From Nemertoderma westbladi (taxonomy: Eukaryota; Animalia; Xenacoelomorpha), in assembly GCA_032718475.1 (NCBI GenBank), contig JAUCBJ010007762.1, positions 1 to 64,000 on the forward strand: a stretch of DNA of 64,000 nucleotides, in the 5' to 3' direction. Under the pieces are notes generated by a model. It had not been told where the DNA came from, made no database searches, and was given only the letters and a program-made list of their open reading frames with translations. Numbering within the stretch: position 1 is the stretch's first letter; each line of letters begins with the position of its first letter. Shown piece after piece: positions 62,134-64,000 of the stretch. The position numbers and the translations under genes were made by a program.

Positions 62134-62997
62134 ACCCATGTTAATCTAACGTTGGGTTTATGTTAGACATTCGTTAAAAATGACAGTTACAATTTAACCA
62201 TAAACCTACGTTAAAATACGTTAGAATTCTGTAAATTTTTAACGTAAATTTTTTACTGTAATTATACGATAAAAATCAACAGAGATCTGACATTTACAAA
62301 TTTTTTAACGTTGATTTAACGTTAGTTTTTAACGATATGAAACAATATCAGTTAATATACAACATTAGTATTAGATTGCATACTAATTTATGCTTTATTG
62401 AAAGTGGTTTCCCAAGATTGCTTGATACCGTAGCTTGATATGCTAGCTTAGTTTTGGACTTAGCCTTAAATGCTTTAAATGGCACAAATTGATCTATACC
62501 AGACTTAAATATAGCGTTAAAATTGGACCAGTAGTCGTTTACAGTATTACAATTACTATACGCATCTTGAAAATTACAAGTATCCATAAACTGTGGAAAA
62601 CCAGTGTAGTCTGCATTTTTAAAATCGTAAAAACCAACATTTACTTGTGATTCAGTTTGACAGGGCGATAAAATACTGAAGCAGACACTGGAATGATCGC
62701 TTGTTGAAAATCAAGATCTCGAAAATCACTATCAGCCACTATCTCGAGATCCTTGTACTCATCCTTCTCCGTAATCGAGTTTACCGGGACAGCCGCTATT
62801 TCCTTCTTTATCAGTAAAACCACGCCACCACCAGTTGTAGTGGAACGATCTTTCCGATGAACATTAAACTTGTTTCCACCATTTATCATGCGATCCGAAA
62901 AACTTCCATTCATCCAGGTTTCAGTTATTCCTACGATGACGAATCCAGGTTTCAGTTATTCCTACGACGACTCCAGTTCTACTAACTTATTGTTACC
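62134..62997 (-). mobile_element. Dispersed repeat with LINE APE-endonuclease fragment (copy 2)
   Basis: Near-identical to 31506-32372. Confidence 0.85.
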
Positions 62998-63077
62998 CAG
63001 CGATTGGGCATTAAAACATGTGCAGCCTAAGAAGGGTTGATCGTGATTTTCTCCCCTCTTCAGTTTTCCTGGTTCAT

Positions 63078-63621
63078 AATGTTGTACATAAAGTTAGCGA
63101 ACTGTGTGGATTACTGTGTGGATTACACACAGTTCGAGAAATTCATGCACAACATTTGTGGTCCGCAAATGTTGTACATAAAGTTAGCGAACTGTGTGGA
63201 TTACTGTGTGGATTACACACAGTTCGAGAAATTTATGCACAACATTTGTGGTCCGCAAATGTTGTACATAAAGTTAGCGAACTGTGTGGATTACTGTGTG
63301 GATTACACACAGTTCGATAAATTTATGCACAACATTTGTGGTCCGCAAATGTTGTACATAAAGTTAGCAAACTGTGTGGATTACTGTGTGGATTACACAC
63401 AGTTCGAGAAATTTATGCACAACATTTGTGGTCCGCAAATGTTGTACATAAAGTTAGCGAACTGTGTGGATTACTGTGTGGATTACACACAGTTCGAGAA
63501 ATTTATGCACAACATTTGTGGTCCGCAAATGTTGTACATAAAGTTAGCGAACTGTGTGGATTACTGTGTGGATTACACACAGTTCGAGAAATTTATGCAC
63601 AACATTTGTGGTCCGCAAATG
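63078..63621. repeat. Six tandem copies of a 90-bp palindromic unit
   Basis: Period is exactly 90 bp and each unit is an imperfect inverted repeat. Confidence 0.95.
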
Positions 63622-63736
63622 ACAAAAATTTCAGAAAAAGAGTTTCAAGTACAAATTCTTTATTGTAGTCCGGGTATTGTAAAACCGGTGTAGTGATAAG
63701 TCAATTCTTTAGTTCTGTTAGTTCTTTAGTTCGATT

Positions 63737-64000
63737 CTGGTTAACTAGTCTGGGACTTCGAGCACCACGTGAACAACTAAGTTGACTGGTTAACTAGTCT
63801 GGGACTTCAAGCCACAGATGAACAACTAAGTTGACTGGTTAACTAGTCTGGGACTTCAAGCAGCACGTGAACAACTAAGCTGACTGGTTAACTAGTCTGG
63901 GACTTCAAGCCACACATGAACAACTAAGCTGAGTGGTTAACTAGTCTGGGACTTCGAGCAGCACGTGAACAACTAAGCTGATTGGTTAACTGCTAAACTG
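63737..64000. repeat. 49-bp satellite array, about five units, near the window end
   Basis: TGGTTAACTAGTCTGGGACTTC(A/G)AGC..CAC.TGAACAACTAAG.TGA. in tandem. Confidence 0.95.

Noticed and set aside
63018-63693. 218-aa ORF with 30-aa CxxxC repeats, and overlapping ORFs
   Set aside because: A consequence of a 90-bp (multiple of 3) repeat being open in more than one frame; no independent coding evidence.

Overview
Repeat-dense eukaryotic (probably invertebrate animal) genomic DNA with no recognisable host housekeeping gene. From left to right: (1) an intron-containing THAP/P-element-type transposase on the minus strand, running off the left edge; (2) a ~19.6-kb array of a 56-bp satellite with higher-order structure; (3) a 5'-truncated BEL/Pao LTR retrotransposon (integrase, palindromic spacer repeat, extra 847-aa ORF, PPT, 541-bp 3' LTR); (4) degraded, nested BEL, THAP, LINE and CRE fragments plus minisatellites; (5) a young, complete 12-kb BEL/Pao element with 1258-bp near-identical LTRs and a CTACC target-site duplication, retaining gag-protease but lacking RT and integrase; (6) a tRNA-derived SINE and further tandem repeats. 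The best candidate for a novel system is the extra ORF in the env position of both BEL/Pao elements. In the first element it encodes a WRN/RNase D-like DEDD 3'-5' exonuclease fused to three CCHC zinc knuckles; the second element carries a divergent homolog of the knuckle module. The complete element also has no tRNA primer-binding site. Instead, the 11 nt after its 5' LTR are the exact reverse complement of an 11-mer inside the LTR, as in self-priming elements. All domain calls are by-eye motif recognition; no database searches were run.
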